A stretch of DNA of 32,000 bases from Candidatus Jordarchaeales archaeon (GCA_038858525.1 JAWCFL010000003.1:86088-118087), one strand, 5' to 3'. Shown: positions 1 through 11,669, counted from the stretch's first letter. The notes: generated by a model from the letters alone, not told the origin. Numbers and translations: made by a program.

Positions 1-226
1 TCTCCAGCTGTAGGTTGAGTTATATTATGAGAGGATGGACGATGGATGTTTTCCTTTTAGCCTTAGAGCTCCGTAGTAGACGCTTGAAGTTGCTTCATTC
101 ATTATTGTAAGAACTTCGATGTCCTTCGCTACAAGAAAAGCGTGAGCATTTTAATTTCAATGTTTTAGAGGGGGCGATTATAGTTGAAAAATAGTGTAAA
201 AATGCCGGAACTTAATTAATCGGAAA

Positions 227-1711
227 TTACCGTATGAGAGAAAAGGCTATTTCTTCTAGTTTGTGGAAAGCTTGTCTTATTTTTTCTTTCCTATGATTTA
301 GGTTTTCTCTCTCGATCCTCACTAGTTTTTCTCTTTCACTCAGCATTCTCGCTACTTCATCTGGTGAGGGAGCTCCCGCGTGACGGCGACGCTCTAGAGC
401 CTCGAGGGGATCAAGAGCTCGGGATAACTCTTCACTGGAGAGTTCAATTTGAATTTTAGATATGGTGGCTACGATCTTAGAGAGAAGTTCTGGGTCATGG
501 ATGTTGCTCGAAGACTTTTTAAGGTACTCGCCAACCGCCCTGTGAGCGATCCTGAAAGGTACTCCTTTCCTCACTAGAAGGTCTACGAGCTCTGTCGCTG
601 TGACCATGCCCAGCTTTGCCAGCTCGACCATTCTCTTCTCATTTACTTTGAGCGAACCGATTACTTGAATCATTATCGCTAACGTCTCCTTGACTATGTC
701 TATCGAGTTGAAAAGAAGGAATTTTGTTTCCTGTTGGTCTCGGTTGTAGCCTGATGGGAGAGATTTTAAGAGAGACAGCATGCTCACGAGGTTCCCTTGA
801 ATGCGGCTACTCCGCCCCCTCACGAGCTCCAGTACGTCAGGGTTTTTTTTCTGCGGCATTATGCTACTTCCAGTAGTGTATCGTTCATCTAATTCGACCA
901 TTGAGAATTCTGGTGTTGACCACCAGATCAAGTCCTCGCTGATTCTGCTGAGGTTTAGCATTATAAGGGAAAGTATGAAAAGCGTTTCAGCTTCCATCTC
1001 ACCACGAGAAGAAATGGCGTCAAGGGTATTTTCGTGTAACGCGTCGAAGCCGAGAAGTGAAGCGGTCAGCGTTCTGTCTATCGGCCACCCGACGCCGCTG
1101 ACGGCGCCTGCCCCCAGAGGGCATGTGTTCACGCGTTTATAGTGCTCGTTAAGGCGGGTGACACATCTCAGCAAGGAATCTGATGACGCTAGACACCAGT
1201 GAGCGAATGACGTTGGCTGGGCTGGACGCGTATGGGTGAAAGCAGGCATAACAGTTTTAACGTGCCCTTTTGCAAGAGAGATAAACGTTTCTATCAAATC
1301 AAGAAGAAGGCTGGTTAACTCGTTTATTTCGTCGCGAAGATACATTCGAATGTCAACCAAAACTTGATCGTTTCTAGATCTAGCTAGATGCATCATTCCT
1401 CCCGCTTCGCTCCCTGCGAGCTCGATAACCTTTTGCTCGATGTTCATATGTACGTCTTCAAATTCTATTTTGAGATGGAAGGATGATTTTTCGTGTTCCT
1501 CTTTAATCTTGAGAAGAGCAGAAATGATCTTTTTGAGAGCGTCTTCACCTAGTGCTCCTATTTTCCAGAGCATGTAGTCATGAGCTATTGTGCCAAAAAT
1601 ATCGTACCTCACTAAGCGTTCATCTAGCTGAATGTTTTCGCGGGAGGTGTATTGCTCAACATCTTTAAGAGACTTTTCTTTGAATACACCGCCCCATATC
1701 TTGTCGCTCAT
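227..1711 (-). CDS. argH: Argininosuccinate lyase
   Basis: 494 aa; fumarase/ASL superfamily signature GSSIMPQKKNPDVLELVRG, HLARSRNDQV, WGG N-terminus; 4-nt ATGA overlap with upstream argG. Confidence 0.97.
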   Translation of the reverse strand: MSDKIWGGVFKEKSLKDVEQYTSRENIQLDERLVRYDIFGTIAHDYMLWKIGALGEDALKKIISALLKIKEEHEKSSFHLKIEFEDVHMNIEQKVIELAGSEAGGMMHLARSRNDQVLVDIRMYLRDEINELTSLLLDLIETFISLAKGHVKTVMPAFTHTRPAQPTSFAHWCLASSDSLLRCVTRLNEHYKRVNTCPLGAGAVSGVGWPIDRTLTASLLGFDALHENTLDAISSRGEMEAETLFILSLIMLNLSRISEDLIWWSTPEFSMVELDERYTTGSSIMPQKKNPDVLELVRGRSSRIQGNLVSMLSLLKSLPSGYNRDQQETKFLLFNSIDIVKETLAIMIQVIGSLKVNEKRMVELAKLGMVTATELVDLLVRKGVPFRIAHRAVGEYLKKSSSNIHDPELLSKIVATISKIQIELSSEELSRALDPLEALERRRHAGAPSPDEVARMLSEREKLVRIERENLNHRKEKIRQAFHKLEEIAFSLIR

Positions 1712-2970
1712 GATTTCTCGTTCCTCTCCTCAACAGCTTTCCTCACTGTGAACGCCATTTTGGACTGAAGACCCCACAATTCTATAAAGCCAAGAGAGGC
1801 ATACTGGTTAAACGTGGATTCTTTACCATATGTTGCCAGCGTCTTATCGTAGAGTGCATAAGGCGATGTTCTGCCTACTACTTGGGCATTGCCCTTGAAT
1901 AATTTGACCTTGACCACACCGTTAACCTTCTCATTAACTTTATTTATGAATGCTTCTAAGTCTGCCCTTAGCGGGTCCACCCATAATCCAGAGTAAACGA
2001 GAAACGTCCACTGCTCATCGATAAGTTTCTTGAAAAAGTTTTCATGTCTTGTGCACACCATTTTCTCTAAGTCCTTGTGTGCTTTAAGAAGTATTGTGGC
2101 TGCTGGGGCTTCGTAGACCTCGCGTGACTTTAAACCAACGATGCGGTCCTCCATGTGATCTATTCTTCCTACTCCGTGAGTGCCTCCGATCTGATTTAGC
2201 TTTGATATCAATGAAACTCCATCCATTTCTTCACCATTTAGAGCAACGGGAACACCTTCACTAAACTCTATTTCTAAGTATTCTGGGGACAACGGAGCTT
2301 CTTCAGGAGGTGACGTCCAAGCGTATACCTCTTCAGGAGGTTCGAGAGATGGGTCTTCTAGTGGGCCACATTCTATGCTTCTCCCCCAGAGGTTTTCGTC
2401 TACACTGTAGGGGGAGTCTATATTGACCGGGATCGGTATTCCATGTTTCTTAGCGTATTCTATTGCTTGATCCCTGCTTAGGTTCCATTCCACTACGGGA
2501 GCGATTATTTTTAGGTCTGGTGCGAGAGTGGAAATTGTGACTGCAAAGCGGACTTGGTCGTTTCCTTTTCCTGTGCAGCCGTGCGCTATGGCGTCAGCAC
2601 CTTCTCTCCGAGCGATTTCTACACCCCACTTCGCGATGAGGGGACGTGAAAGGGATGTGCTTATGGGGTAGGCATCCTGGTATAGGGCATTGGCCTTTAT
2701 GGCTGGAAAGACGAAGTCTCTAACAAATTCCTCGCGAGCGTCTATGGTGTAATGTTTTTTGACTCCCAGCCGCCGGGCCTTCTCCTCTATCTCTCTGAAA
2801 TCCTTAGATTGCCCTAGGTTGAGGGTTAGGGAAATCACGTCTGCGTCGTAGTACTCCTGAATCCATTTAAGCATACAGCTGGTATCGAGTCCTCCCGAGT
2901 ACAGTAAAACACAAAGGTCAACTTCTCCAGGCGACGCGGAAAAAGACGCTATTTTTGCAGTCAAAGCCAA
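1708..2970 (-). CDS. argG: Argininosuccinate synthase
   Basis: YSGGLDTS PP-loop, HGCTGKGNDQVRF, ENLWGRSIE, GVGRIDHMEDRIVGLKSREVYEAP; start is TTG at 2970 or 2964 (the latter better spaced from a GGTG Shine-Dalgarno). Confidence 0.97.
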   Translation of the reverse strand: MALTAKIASFSASPGEVDLCVLLYSGGLDTSCMLKWIQEYYDADVISLTLNLGQSKDFREIEEKARRLGVKKHYTIDAREEFVRDFVFPAIKANALYQDAYPISTSLSRPLIAKWGVEIARREGADAIAHGCTGKGNDQVRFAVTISTLAPDLKIIAPVVEWNLSRDQAIEYAKKHGIPIPVNIDSPYSVDENLWGRSIECGPLEDPSLEPPEEVYAWTSPPEEAPLSPEYLEIEFSEGVPVALNGEEMDGVSLISKLNQIGGTHGVGRIDHMEDRIVGLKSREVYEAPAATILLKAHKDLEKMVCTRHENFFKKLIDEQWTFLVYSGLWVDPLRADLEAFINKVNEKVNGVVKVKLFKGNAQVVGRTSPYALYDKTLATYGKESTFNQYASLGFIELWGLQSKMAFTVRKAVEERNEKS

Positions 2971-3143
2971 AGCACCTTGCTTAAAAGTTTTGCGGCTTAT
3001 CTAAAAAAAGGCGATATTTCAAAATGACGTATTTAATAAAACACTTTAGAAAGATCTAGTTCCAAACAGCACAAACGTGTAAAAGCTTAAATTATGAAAG
3101 CCACTTAAACAAAAATTAAAGTTGCTTTCTATGAGGGGAGCTA

Positions 3144-3899
3144 ATGGTTGAGGAGTGCGAACAAAAAGTTAGGAAAGCCGAGGAACATTTGAGAAAGGTG
3201 ACCGACACCGTTGCAGGTCAAGAGTTTCTTGAAAAGGCGGCGGATACCATGAAGGAAGCAGGGGACTGCTACAGGCAACATGGTGCTTTTGAAAAAGCGA
3301 TAGAAGCCTACTCGAGGGCACTAGAAATGCATCTTAAACTGGGGTATGATATTTCGGCTGCAAAAGACTATGAGGATATGGCTTTTTGCTACGAGAAAAT
3401 GGGAAAGAGCGGAGAGTTTAAGCGTTTAGCATACAATGCAGCGAAAATATACGTTGAAAGAGGAAGAAAGCTTGAGGAAATGGGAAACCTTGGATCAGCA
3501 GCTCTTTCATACGTTAACGCCGCAACCATATACAAGAAAATAGGGGAAAGAGAGCAGTACATGGAAAAGCTTGCCCTAGCAGCTGAGAACTTTAAGCAAT
3601 ATGGGGAAATATGGTGTGACGAAGAGGACTATGATTATGGAGTCATGAATTTGAGCTGGGCAGTTATCTGTCGAATGGCTTTAGGAGAGATTGAAGTTGC
3701 AAAAGAACTGATCAATATGATTGTCTCTCTTTGCGAAGAGAAAAAAGTGGAGGAAGAGTCCAGAAAATTTATTGACGCAACTAGGAGGTTCGTCTACGGA
3801 GAGCTTAAAGCCAAAGAGTTTATTAAAATAATATCGTCAGAGCTCGACGAAGCCGAGGAAAAAGTAATCAGAGAAATGCTTTACGAAAGAGAGGAATAA
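3144..3899 (+). CDS. TPR/alpha-SNAP-like helical repeat protein
   Basis: 251 aa of repeated helix pairs such as EAGDCY..., RALEMHLKLGYDISAAKDYEDMAFCYE, AALSYVNAATIYKKIG; GGGGAG SD just upstream. Confidence 0.7.
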   Translation: MVEECEQKVRKAEEHLRKVTDTVAGQEFLEKAADTMKEAGDCYRQHGAFEKAIEAYSRALEMHLKLGYDISAAKDYEDMAFCYEKMGKSGEFKRLAYNAAKIYVERGRKLEEMGNLGSAALSYVNAATIYKKIGEREQYMEKLALAAENFKQYGEIWCDEEDYDYGVMNLSWAVICRMALGEIEVAKELINMIVSLCEEKKVEEESRKFIDATRRFVYGELKAKEFIKIISSELDEAEEKVIREMLYEREE

Positions 3900-4494
3900 A
3901 ATGAGATTTTTCTTCTAAAGAAGTATTCAGTTATGCAAAAGCAAGGTTGACGTTTCATTATCAAAACGGAATTTAGGTCTCCATAACTCGAGGAGGACTT
4001 GTACTGAAAAGTGCAGTACTAATTAAGATTCCTGCCGCATGTAAGAGCACTTCGCGTTCTTCGTTATTTTATTCTCTTAGAGTCAATCAATGTTTCAATG
4101 ACAGGCTTTTCAGCACCAGGAGGCCAGCACTGGAATATTCTACCGCAACAATACTGGATAGGACTACACTGAGATCCCTTTTAATCTATTCTACAGAGGG
4201 GGAACTCTTCACTTTCCAGAAAACAATATAGCAACAATGGGGAGTTCCACTTAAAACGCCCTCTAAGAACAGCAGTTTTTAAGTCTTAACGGAAATATAA
4301 TTGTCATTTTTGAATAAAGTTTCCTAGTTGAGGGGAGTGCAACTATTTCCTTTTAGATCTGAGTGGGAAATTTTTTCTCAAGACCCTAATGCATAAACTC
4401 TCACATAAAACTCTTTGTCTATCGAAAAATCGAGCGATGCCTGAAATGCTCCATACGTAGGGTTAAGCAGCAGTTCCTGAATAGTTAACTATAA

Positions 4495-4519
4495 ACAATT
4501 AGAGTAATGCTCTAATTGT
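4495..4519. repeat. Inverted repeat ACAATTAGAG-N5-CTCTAATTGT covering the tnpB start
   Basis: Perfect 10-bp stem read directly; adjacent 12-bp palindrome ATAGTTAACTAT at 4481-4492. Confidence 0.8.
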
Positions 4520-5660
4520 GGAAATAACACTTTCAGTACCGTTCGGTTATGAGCAGAGCGAGGAAATACGAAAACTCTTAGAAGACTTCAGAGATATGCT
4601 GAATTTCTGCATTGAAAGGGCGTTAAAGGATAACATAACCAGCTATGCTAGGCTGAGGAAGCATATCTATCGAGAATGGAAGTCGAGGTGGGGCTACTCA
4701 ACGCACTTCTGCCACTCAGCGTGTTTAATAGCCACCTCGATGCTTAAAAGCTGGAGAAAGCTTAAACGTAAAGGTATAGCTAAAGGTGAGAAGCCGTTAG
4801 CTAAAAAGCTCTTCATGCGACTGGATCCGCAGCTCTATAAGTTCTACGGCGATAAAATCCGGATATCGGTTAGACATAGGAAGTTCCTGTTCATAAATCT
4901 AAAGTATGGTGAGTACCAGAAAAGGTTCATAGAGGCTTGGAAAGAGGGTAAGCTGAAGACTGGCGAGATAACGATAAATGAAGGCAAAATAGTGGTGCCG
5001 TTCAAAAAGGATGTAGATTTATCGAGTCCCTGTGACTGGATAGCAATAGATATTAATGAGTCAAACGTTACGGCAGTAAGCTCCAACCCACACATCTTAA
5101 GAATTGAAAGCAGCCTCAGAACAATCCATACCACCTACTTCAACATTACCAGAAGAATCCAGAGGTTGAAGAAGTTTAAGCCTAAGACCGCTGAGAGGCT
5201 GCTTAAGAAGTATTCTGGCAGAGAGAAGCGCAAGGCTAAAGATGAATGCCACAAAATAGCCAGGAAAATCGTGAACTTCGCAAAGCAACACCACACGGGG
5301 ATAATCATGGAAGACCTCAAAGGAATTAGAAGAAGAATCAGCCACAATAAAAACCTCAACCGCAGACTACACTCATGGAACTTCACAAGACTACAGTTCT
5401 GCGTCGAGTATAAAGCAAAATTAAACGGATTACCCGTGATTCATGTTGAACCAAAAGGTACTTCAAGCCTGTGCCCGATATGTGGTGGGAAGCTGGCACC
5501 GAATGGGTACAGGCTTTCGAAGTGTAATGGTTGCGGCTATGAAAACGACAGGGACATAATAGCGTGCTTAAACATGCTCAGGATGTGGGGAGTCCCGCTG
5601 CCCCCGAAAGCCGCCCATGAGACTCCAGCCGAGGCGGAACGGATAGTTATAAAAAGCTAA
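4518..5660 (+). CDS. tnpB: TnpB RNA-guided endonuclease (IS200/IS605 OrfB, Cas12f-like)
   Basis: 380 aa; RuvC-I AIDINE, RuvC-II IIMEDL, Zn finger CPICG...CNGCG, RuvC-III NDRDIIACLN; basic, Lys/Arg-rich. Confidence 0.92.
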   Translation: MEITLSVPFGYEQSEEIRKLLEDFRDMLNFCIERALKDNITSYARLRKHIYREWKSRWGYSTHFCHSACLIATSMLKSWRKLKRKGIAKGEKPLAKKLFMRLDPQLYKFYGDKIRISVRHRKFLFINLKYGEYQKRFIEAWKEGKLKTGEITINEGKIVVPFKKDVDLSSPCDWIAIDINESNVTAVSSNPHILRIESSLRTIHTTYFNITRRIQRLKKFKPKTAERLLKKYSGREKRKAKDECHKIARKIVNFAKQHHTGIIMEDLKGIRRRISHNKNLNRRLHSWNFTRLQFCVEYKAKLNGLPVIHVEPKGTSSLCPICGGKLAPNGYRLSKCNGCGYENDRDIIACLNMLRMWGVPLPPKAAHETPAEAERIVIKS

Positions 5661-5700
5661 CTATCCGACAACGGTAATTCAAGTACCATACGCTAGTTAT
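5580..5700 (+). ncRNA. Putative TnpB omega-RNA (3' scaffold plus guide); 5' boundary uncertain
   Basis: GC-rich structured tail overlapping the last tnpB codons, terminal hairpin 5640-5667, element end TTCAA (5678-5682), flanking DNA from 5683 would be the guide; follows the known TnpB omega-RNA layout. Confidence 0.5.
5640..5667. repeat. Right-end subterminal inverted repeat CGGATAGTTA-N8-TAACTATCCG
   Basis: Perfect 10-bp stem with 8-nt loop read directly; preceded by GGAA (complementary to TTC of the TTCAA end). Confidence 0.85.
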
Positions 5701-5812
5701 TCACTATGTAAAGGAGCAATGTTGTTTGGTTTAGTGGAACAAAAATTTTCTCTTAATTTTTGAACCTTTTTTGAAATAAACAAATTTATATAAGTAAGAA
5801 AATGTTCTTAGA

Positions 5813-6724
5813 GTGGAGAACACTTTAGAGAGAGAGGGTGCAATATTGGTGGAAGAAGGAAGTGAAGACGCTAAGAAGAAAGCGGCGTACTATGAGGACA
5901 CGGCTAAGATACTATTAGAGGAAGGTATACACGACGTAGCAGTGGACTTTTACACGTTGGCGGGAATGTACAGCTTACTTGCTGGAGATGAAGATGGTAG
6001 AAAATACATTGACAAAGCTGTTGAGATCTGTAAGAATTATGGGGTTTCAGGTCATAGGGAAGTCTTTGCAAGCATAGGTGTACGAATATTTGAAGGGAAA
6101 TATGAGGGAATAGAAGAGGAGTGGAGTGAGATAAGAGGAGAGTATTCTGAGGAGGAGGACCAATTAGTTAGAGAGTTACTGGAAAAGTTAAAGAGAAGAT
6201 CCGTTGAGGTAGAACAAGTTGTTGTTCAAGAAGCAGAGGAGTGGGAGATAGCGGAGGGTGGTGAGGGGCAATTTGAGGGGCAGAGCAGTGAGCAAGCAAC
6301 TGAGGGAATACTCTTAGGGGAGGGAGCCAGAGTTGAGGAGGTTAAGACTGAGGAGGAAAGGGTTGAAGTAGCGGTAATAGACCCACGAAATGTTTACGGT
6401 AGAATAAAAATCAGCGAGATCGCTTGGCGTGCAGGGGAAAATACTGAGCGCGTAAGGCAAGTTTTATCTACTTTAATTCAAAGTGGAAGAATCCCAGGTA
6501 AGATTGAGGGAAATGAATACATTCAAGATGAAGGTATAGTATGCCAGACTATTCAAGCAATTTCTAAGCCTCAGCGGACTAACGAAAAAACGGGTTTCCT
6601 GTCAGCATTGAAGGAAAGGGATGTCGCTGCTCCTACCAAGCCAGGCTATAAGAGATGCGGGGTTTGCGGGGAAGAGATACCGGAGGCTTTTATGGTTTGC
6701 ACTTATTGTGGAGCGCGTCAGTAG
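5813..6724 (+). CDS. Hypothetical protein: N-terminal TPR/SNAP-like helices, acidic linker, PCI-like winged helix, C-terminal Zn ribbon
   Basis: AAYYEDTAKILLEEG...AVDFYTLAG helices; Glu-rich 115-180; IKISEIAWRAGENTERVRQVLSTLIQSGRIPGKIE winged helix; CGVCG...CTYCG ribbon; TTTATATA box upstream (~5785-5792). Confidence 0.65.
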   Translation: MENTLEREGAILVEEGSEDAKKKAAYYEDTAKILLEEGIHDVAVDFYTLAGMYSLLAGDEDGRKYIDKAVEICKNYGVSGHREVFASIGVRIFEGKYEGIEEEWSEIRGEYSEEEDQLVRELLEKLKRRSVEVEQVVVQEAEEWEIAEGGEGQFEGQSSEQATEGILLGEGARVEEVKTEEERVEVAVIDPRNVYGRIKISEIAWRAGENTERVRQVLSTLIQSGRIPGKIEGNEYIQDEGIVCQTIQAISKPQRTNEKTGFLSALKERDVAAPTKPGYKRCGVCGEEIPEAFMVCTYCGARQ

Positions 6725-6734
6725 CCGATTTTTC

Positions 6735-7460
6735 TTAAAGTGCCTCTCCGAATTGGGAGGCAAGTTTTCGCAGCAGAAGTATGCGATCTTCGAGTATTTT
6801 GTAGGCGCGGAGGGACTCGCTTCTTTTTACTATTAAAATAGTGTCTGTATAGCATGAAATAATTTGAGTAATGTTCACGTTATTACCAGCCAACAGGTCA
6901 GTTATGTATGAAATTACGCCTGGTACCTCAATTATCTGTGGAGGGCTTATGATTATTATTGCAGATTGGTCTTCTAAGATCTCTATTATGCTTTTTTTGT
7001 CTAAAAGTTCAATTATCTTTGACTTAGTTTTTAAGTCGGTTACCACGGTAAATGCCGATGTGCCTTGGGTGACTTGTAGGAAACGTGATGATTCGACTAG
7101 CTTCACGATTTTGTCTATGTAAATCGGGAAAGACGAGTAACTTATCGTTAGAACGGCTACATCGTTTTTAAGTTCAAGTATGCTACGCTCAAGGATCTTG
7201 GAGATCTGCTGCTCTACGGTTTGTCTCTTACGCCTTAGTTCCTCAGCATATCGCATTAAAGCCATCTTTATTGAGTCAACGTTAACCGATTTTCGTCCAC
7301 ATAAAGCTGCAACTTGATCCTTAATAGACTCCGCTAGCGCTGAGAAGTTCACTACACCCTGCTTAAGACAATCCATCACGGAAGGTTTAGTATCAATTAT
7401 CTGCCTTGACGCTTCAGCTACTGATAAAGGCTTTTCGGGCTGTGTAGAATTTATAGGCAT
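6735..7460 (-). CDS. Archaeal ACT-domain-containing protein
   Basis: N-terminal SVAEASRQIIDTKPSVMDCLKQGVVNFSALA helical domain; C-terminal ACT fold PGVISYITDLLAGNNVNITQIISCYTDTILIV; GAGGG SD. Confidence 0.75.
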   Translation of the reverse strand: MPINSTQPEKPLSVAEASRQIIDTKPSVMDCLKQGVVNFSALAESIKDQVAALCGRKSVNVDSIKMALMRYAEELRRKRQTVEQQISKILERSILELKNDVAVLTISYSSFPIYIDKIVKLVESSRFLQVTQGTSAFTVVTDLKTKSKIIELLDKKSIIEILEDQSAIIIISPPQIIEVPGVISYITDLLAGNNVNITQIISCYTDTILIVKRSESLRAYKILEDRILLLRKLASQFGEAL

Positions 7461-7474
7461 CTTTCTTCCCTCAC

Positions 7475-8584
7475 TTAATTATCTTCTTCAGCGTCACTCA
7501 CTAGGTTAGATGAGAGATGAGAGAGCTTTAACTTGAGTTCCTCTGGTGTTTGATTTAAAAGGAGGGTTTTAAGGGATTTCTTGAGATGCTGAAGTACTGC
7601 ATCTGGCAGATAATTTATTAAAAAAGTTCCCGATAGTTCTTTGAAAAGTAACTGTAGTAGTGATGATAAAAGGAAATTGTCTTGGTTTTTTGCAGAAAGA
7701 GAACTTATGAGGGACACTAATGAGATAGTTATGGGTGGCCTTTTTAGTATGTCTAGGGCTAAGGTAGGGTCAGAGCATAATAGAACATTTAACACCATCT
7801 GAACTATGTTTGGATTTTTAATTTTAAATGCGGCGTCGATACATTCAGAAACCAGTTTGGATGCTTGTTCTAAATGCTCCTTTGAATCATTATTACTGGT
7901 CAATGTGGCAAACCAATTCTTAATAAGAGACTGAGTGGAGGCAAATTGTTCTCTCGAGGACGTTACAGTTAACGAGTTTATGAGGCGGATGAGGGATTCT
8001 CTAACAAGAGAGTGAACTTGACGTTCTTTTTCCTTATCGCCCAGCTCTGTGCAGCATTTTATGGCGAAAAGATAGTGAGTTACGGCAGAGTCGTATTCAT
8101 TGTTAGAAAAAGAAGAAGCTGCAGAACTAAGTGAAAGGTCGCATGCTTTTAGTAGGAGGCGTTTAGCAGTATCTTGGTCCCCGAGTGATGAACTGCACTT
8201 GGCAGCTCTGAATAGAAAGGATGCTCTGTCGAGCACGGATATTTCAGACGTTCTTGATGCAAGGAGGAACTCTGTAAACGCCTTCCTTAGGCATGTTTTC
8301 TCATATGAGGCTTTCCCGGATAAGTTGAAGTACTTTGCTGCTTGTTCATATATGGCGGCTGCAGTCGCATGGTTGCCGCTCTTAAGCCAGCAATCCCCTG
8401 ATTTGGCGGCGAACTCTCCTGCAAGCTCAAATGCTCCGTCTTTTTCCGCCATGAGAGATAAAACTTGAAACTCTCTTGCAGCGCTAAGGAATCTGCCCAC
8501 TTCAAGATTCCTTTCAGCGTCTTTTTTCAGGTGCTCGTATGGAGGAGCATCCATGAAATCACCGTCCACTGAAAAGCGTTTCAA
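7475..8584 (-). CDS. TPR/SNAP-like helical repeat protein
   Basis: N-terminal ~200 aa of SNAP-like helix pairs (AAKSGDCW, AAAIYEQAAKYF, LFRAAKC, YDSAVTHYLFAIKC); Leu/Ser-rich helical C-terminus; 14 bp from the next gene. Confidence 0.6.
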   Translation of the reverse strand: MKRFSVDGDFMDAPPYEHLKKDAERNLEVGRFLSAAREFQVLSLMAEKDGAFELAGEFAAKSGDCWLKSGNHATAAAIYEQAAKYFNLSGKASYEKTCLRKAFTEFLLASRTSEISVLDRASFLFRAAKCSSSLGDQDTAKRLLLKACDLSLSSAASSFSNNEYDSAVTHYLFAIKCCTELGDKEKERQVHSLVRESLIRLINSLTVTSSREQFASTQSLIKNWFATLTSNNDSKEHLEQASKLVSECIDAAFKIKNPNIVQMVLNVLLCSDPTLALDILKRPPITISLVSLISSLSAKNQDNFLLSSLLQLLFKELSGTFLINYLPDAVLQHLKKSLKTLLLNQTPEELKLKLSHLSSNLVSDAEEDN

Positions 8585-8736
8585 TAAAAAGTAAGGGGCA
8601 CTTTACTTTTTAAGTTATTTATAAAATTGAAGTTTTTAATGTTCTAATAATATCCGAGAAGGCGGTGGATTGTTAAGCGAGGTGTAATTTTATATAGTGT
8701 TATTGCGAGTTTGTATTCTTGATGTAGGAAAGTTGA

Positions 8737-10986
<2,250 letters not shown>

Positions 10987-10997
10987 ACATTTTCATT

Positions 10998-11558
10998 TCA
11001 TTGTCCAATTGGCTGATTAACTGACCTTTTGCTTTTTCTATAAAGAATTAAACCAGTAGCTGAGAATATGCATGCCGGGGAAAAGCACACAATGAAAATT
11101 AGGCATGAAATGTAAACATCAAGGGGAAAGAGGGCCTGCAAGAGGTAGGGTGGGAAAAACTGAGTTACAGTATAGGAGTTCAGGAGGGGGCGGAGGAAGA
11201 GATATGCTAAAGGAAGTGTGGAAAGGCTCCCCAAAGATAAACCCATTTTAACTAGTTGCAAACCAATTCGTTCCGCCCTCTGGAATAGAAGAAACTTTTC
11301 TTCTAGGTTTTCCGCCACCTGCCTAGAGTAAATAAGCACACATAATGCACATGAAAATGCAAGTAAAATTCCGCCTATTGTTGCCATGTAGAGGAGTTCT
11401 GACGGCATAGGAAAGGCGTGTGCTGTTAGGTAAGCGGCAAATGCGGTTGTAACTCCTAGAGACGAGGAAGCAATACATATGAAAAATACTTTAGTCCAAT
11501 GATCAACGGCGCTAGAATGACGCAAAAGTCCCGCCTCCAGAGGCAGATAAACCAACAC
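10998..11558 (-). CDS. Hypothetical membrane protein (about 4 TM helices)
   Basis: 186 aa with four hydrophobic segments; fills the gap between cdc48 and the tRNA. Confidence 0.6.
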   Translation of the reverse strand: MLVYLPLEAGLLRHSSAVDHWTKVFFICIASSSLGVTTAFAAYLTAHAFPMPSELLYMATIGGILLAFSCALCVLIYSRQVAENLEEKFLLFQRAERIGLQLVKMGLSLGSLSTLPLAYLFLRPLLNSYTVTQFFPPYLLQALFPLDVYISCLIFIVCFSPACIFSATGLILYRKSKRSVNQPIGQ

Positions 11559-11610
11559 TTAAATCAAGGATAAAAGTTTTTCTAGAAAAAGCCGACGATG
11601 GCTTTCACAC

Positions 11611-11623
11611 CAAAAAATTATAA
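11611..11623 (+). promoter_or_regulatory. Candidate BRE-TATA for the tRNA gene
   Basis: CAAAAAATTATAA about 32-44 nt upstream of the mature 5' end; a second AT box (TTTAATAAA) at 11631-11639. Confidence 0.35.
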
Positions 11624-11669
11624 GGGCGAGTTTAATAAACATTAAACCCGAATGGGGCTGGTAGCTCAG

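Larger units (their letters stand above)
4481..5682 (+). mobile_element. IS200/IS605-family element carrying tnpB only (IS1341-like, non-autonomous); left boundary approximate
   Basis: tnpB ORF; right-end 10-bp hairpin at 5640-5667 followed by TTCAA ending at 5682; hairpins at 4481-4492 and 4495-4519 upstream; no tnpA/resolvase ORF adjacent. Confidence 0.7.

Noticed and set aside
1-226. Possible gene end in the first 226 bp
   Set aside because: Only short open frames with no recognisable motif; cannot be supported without upstream sequence
4451-4460. CCATACGTAG upstream of tnpB resembles the predicted guide CCATACGCTAG (5686-5696), suggesting a self-target or target duplication
   Set aside because: Only a 7-bp exact match; IS200/IS605 elements do not duplicate targets and no TAM can be assigned; compatible with chance
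4481-5760. CRISPR array next to the Cas12f-like TnpB
   Set aside because: No regularly spaced direct repeats on either side or anywhere else in the window
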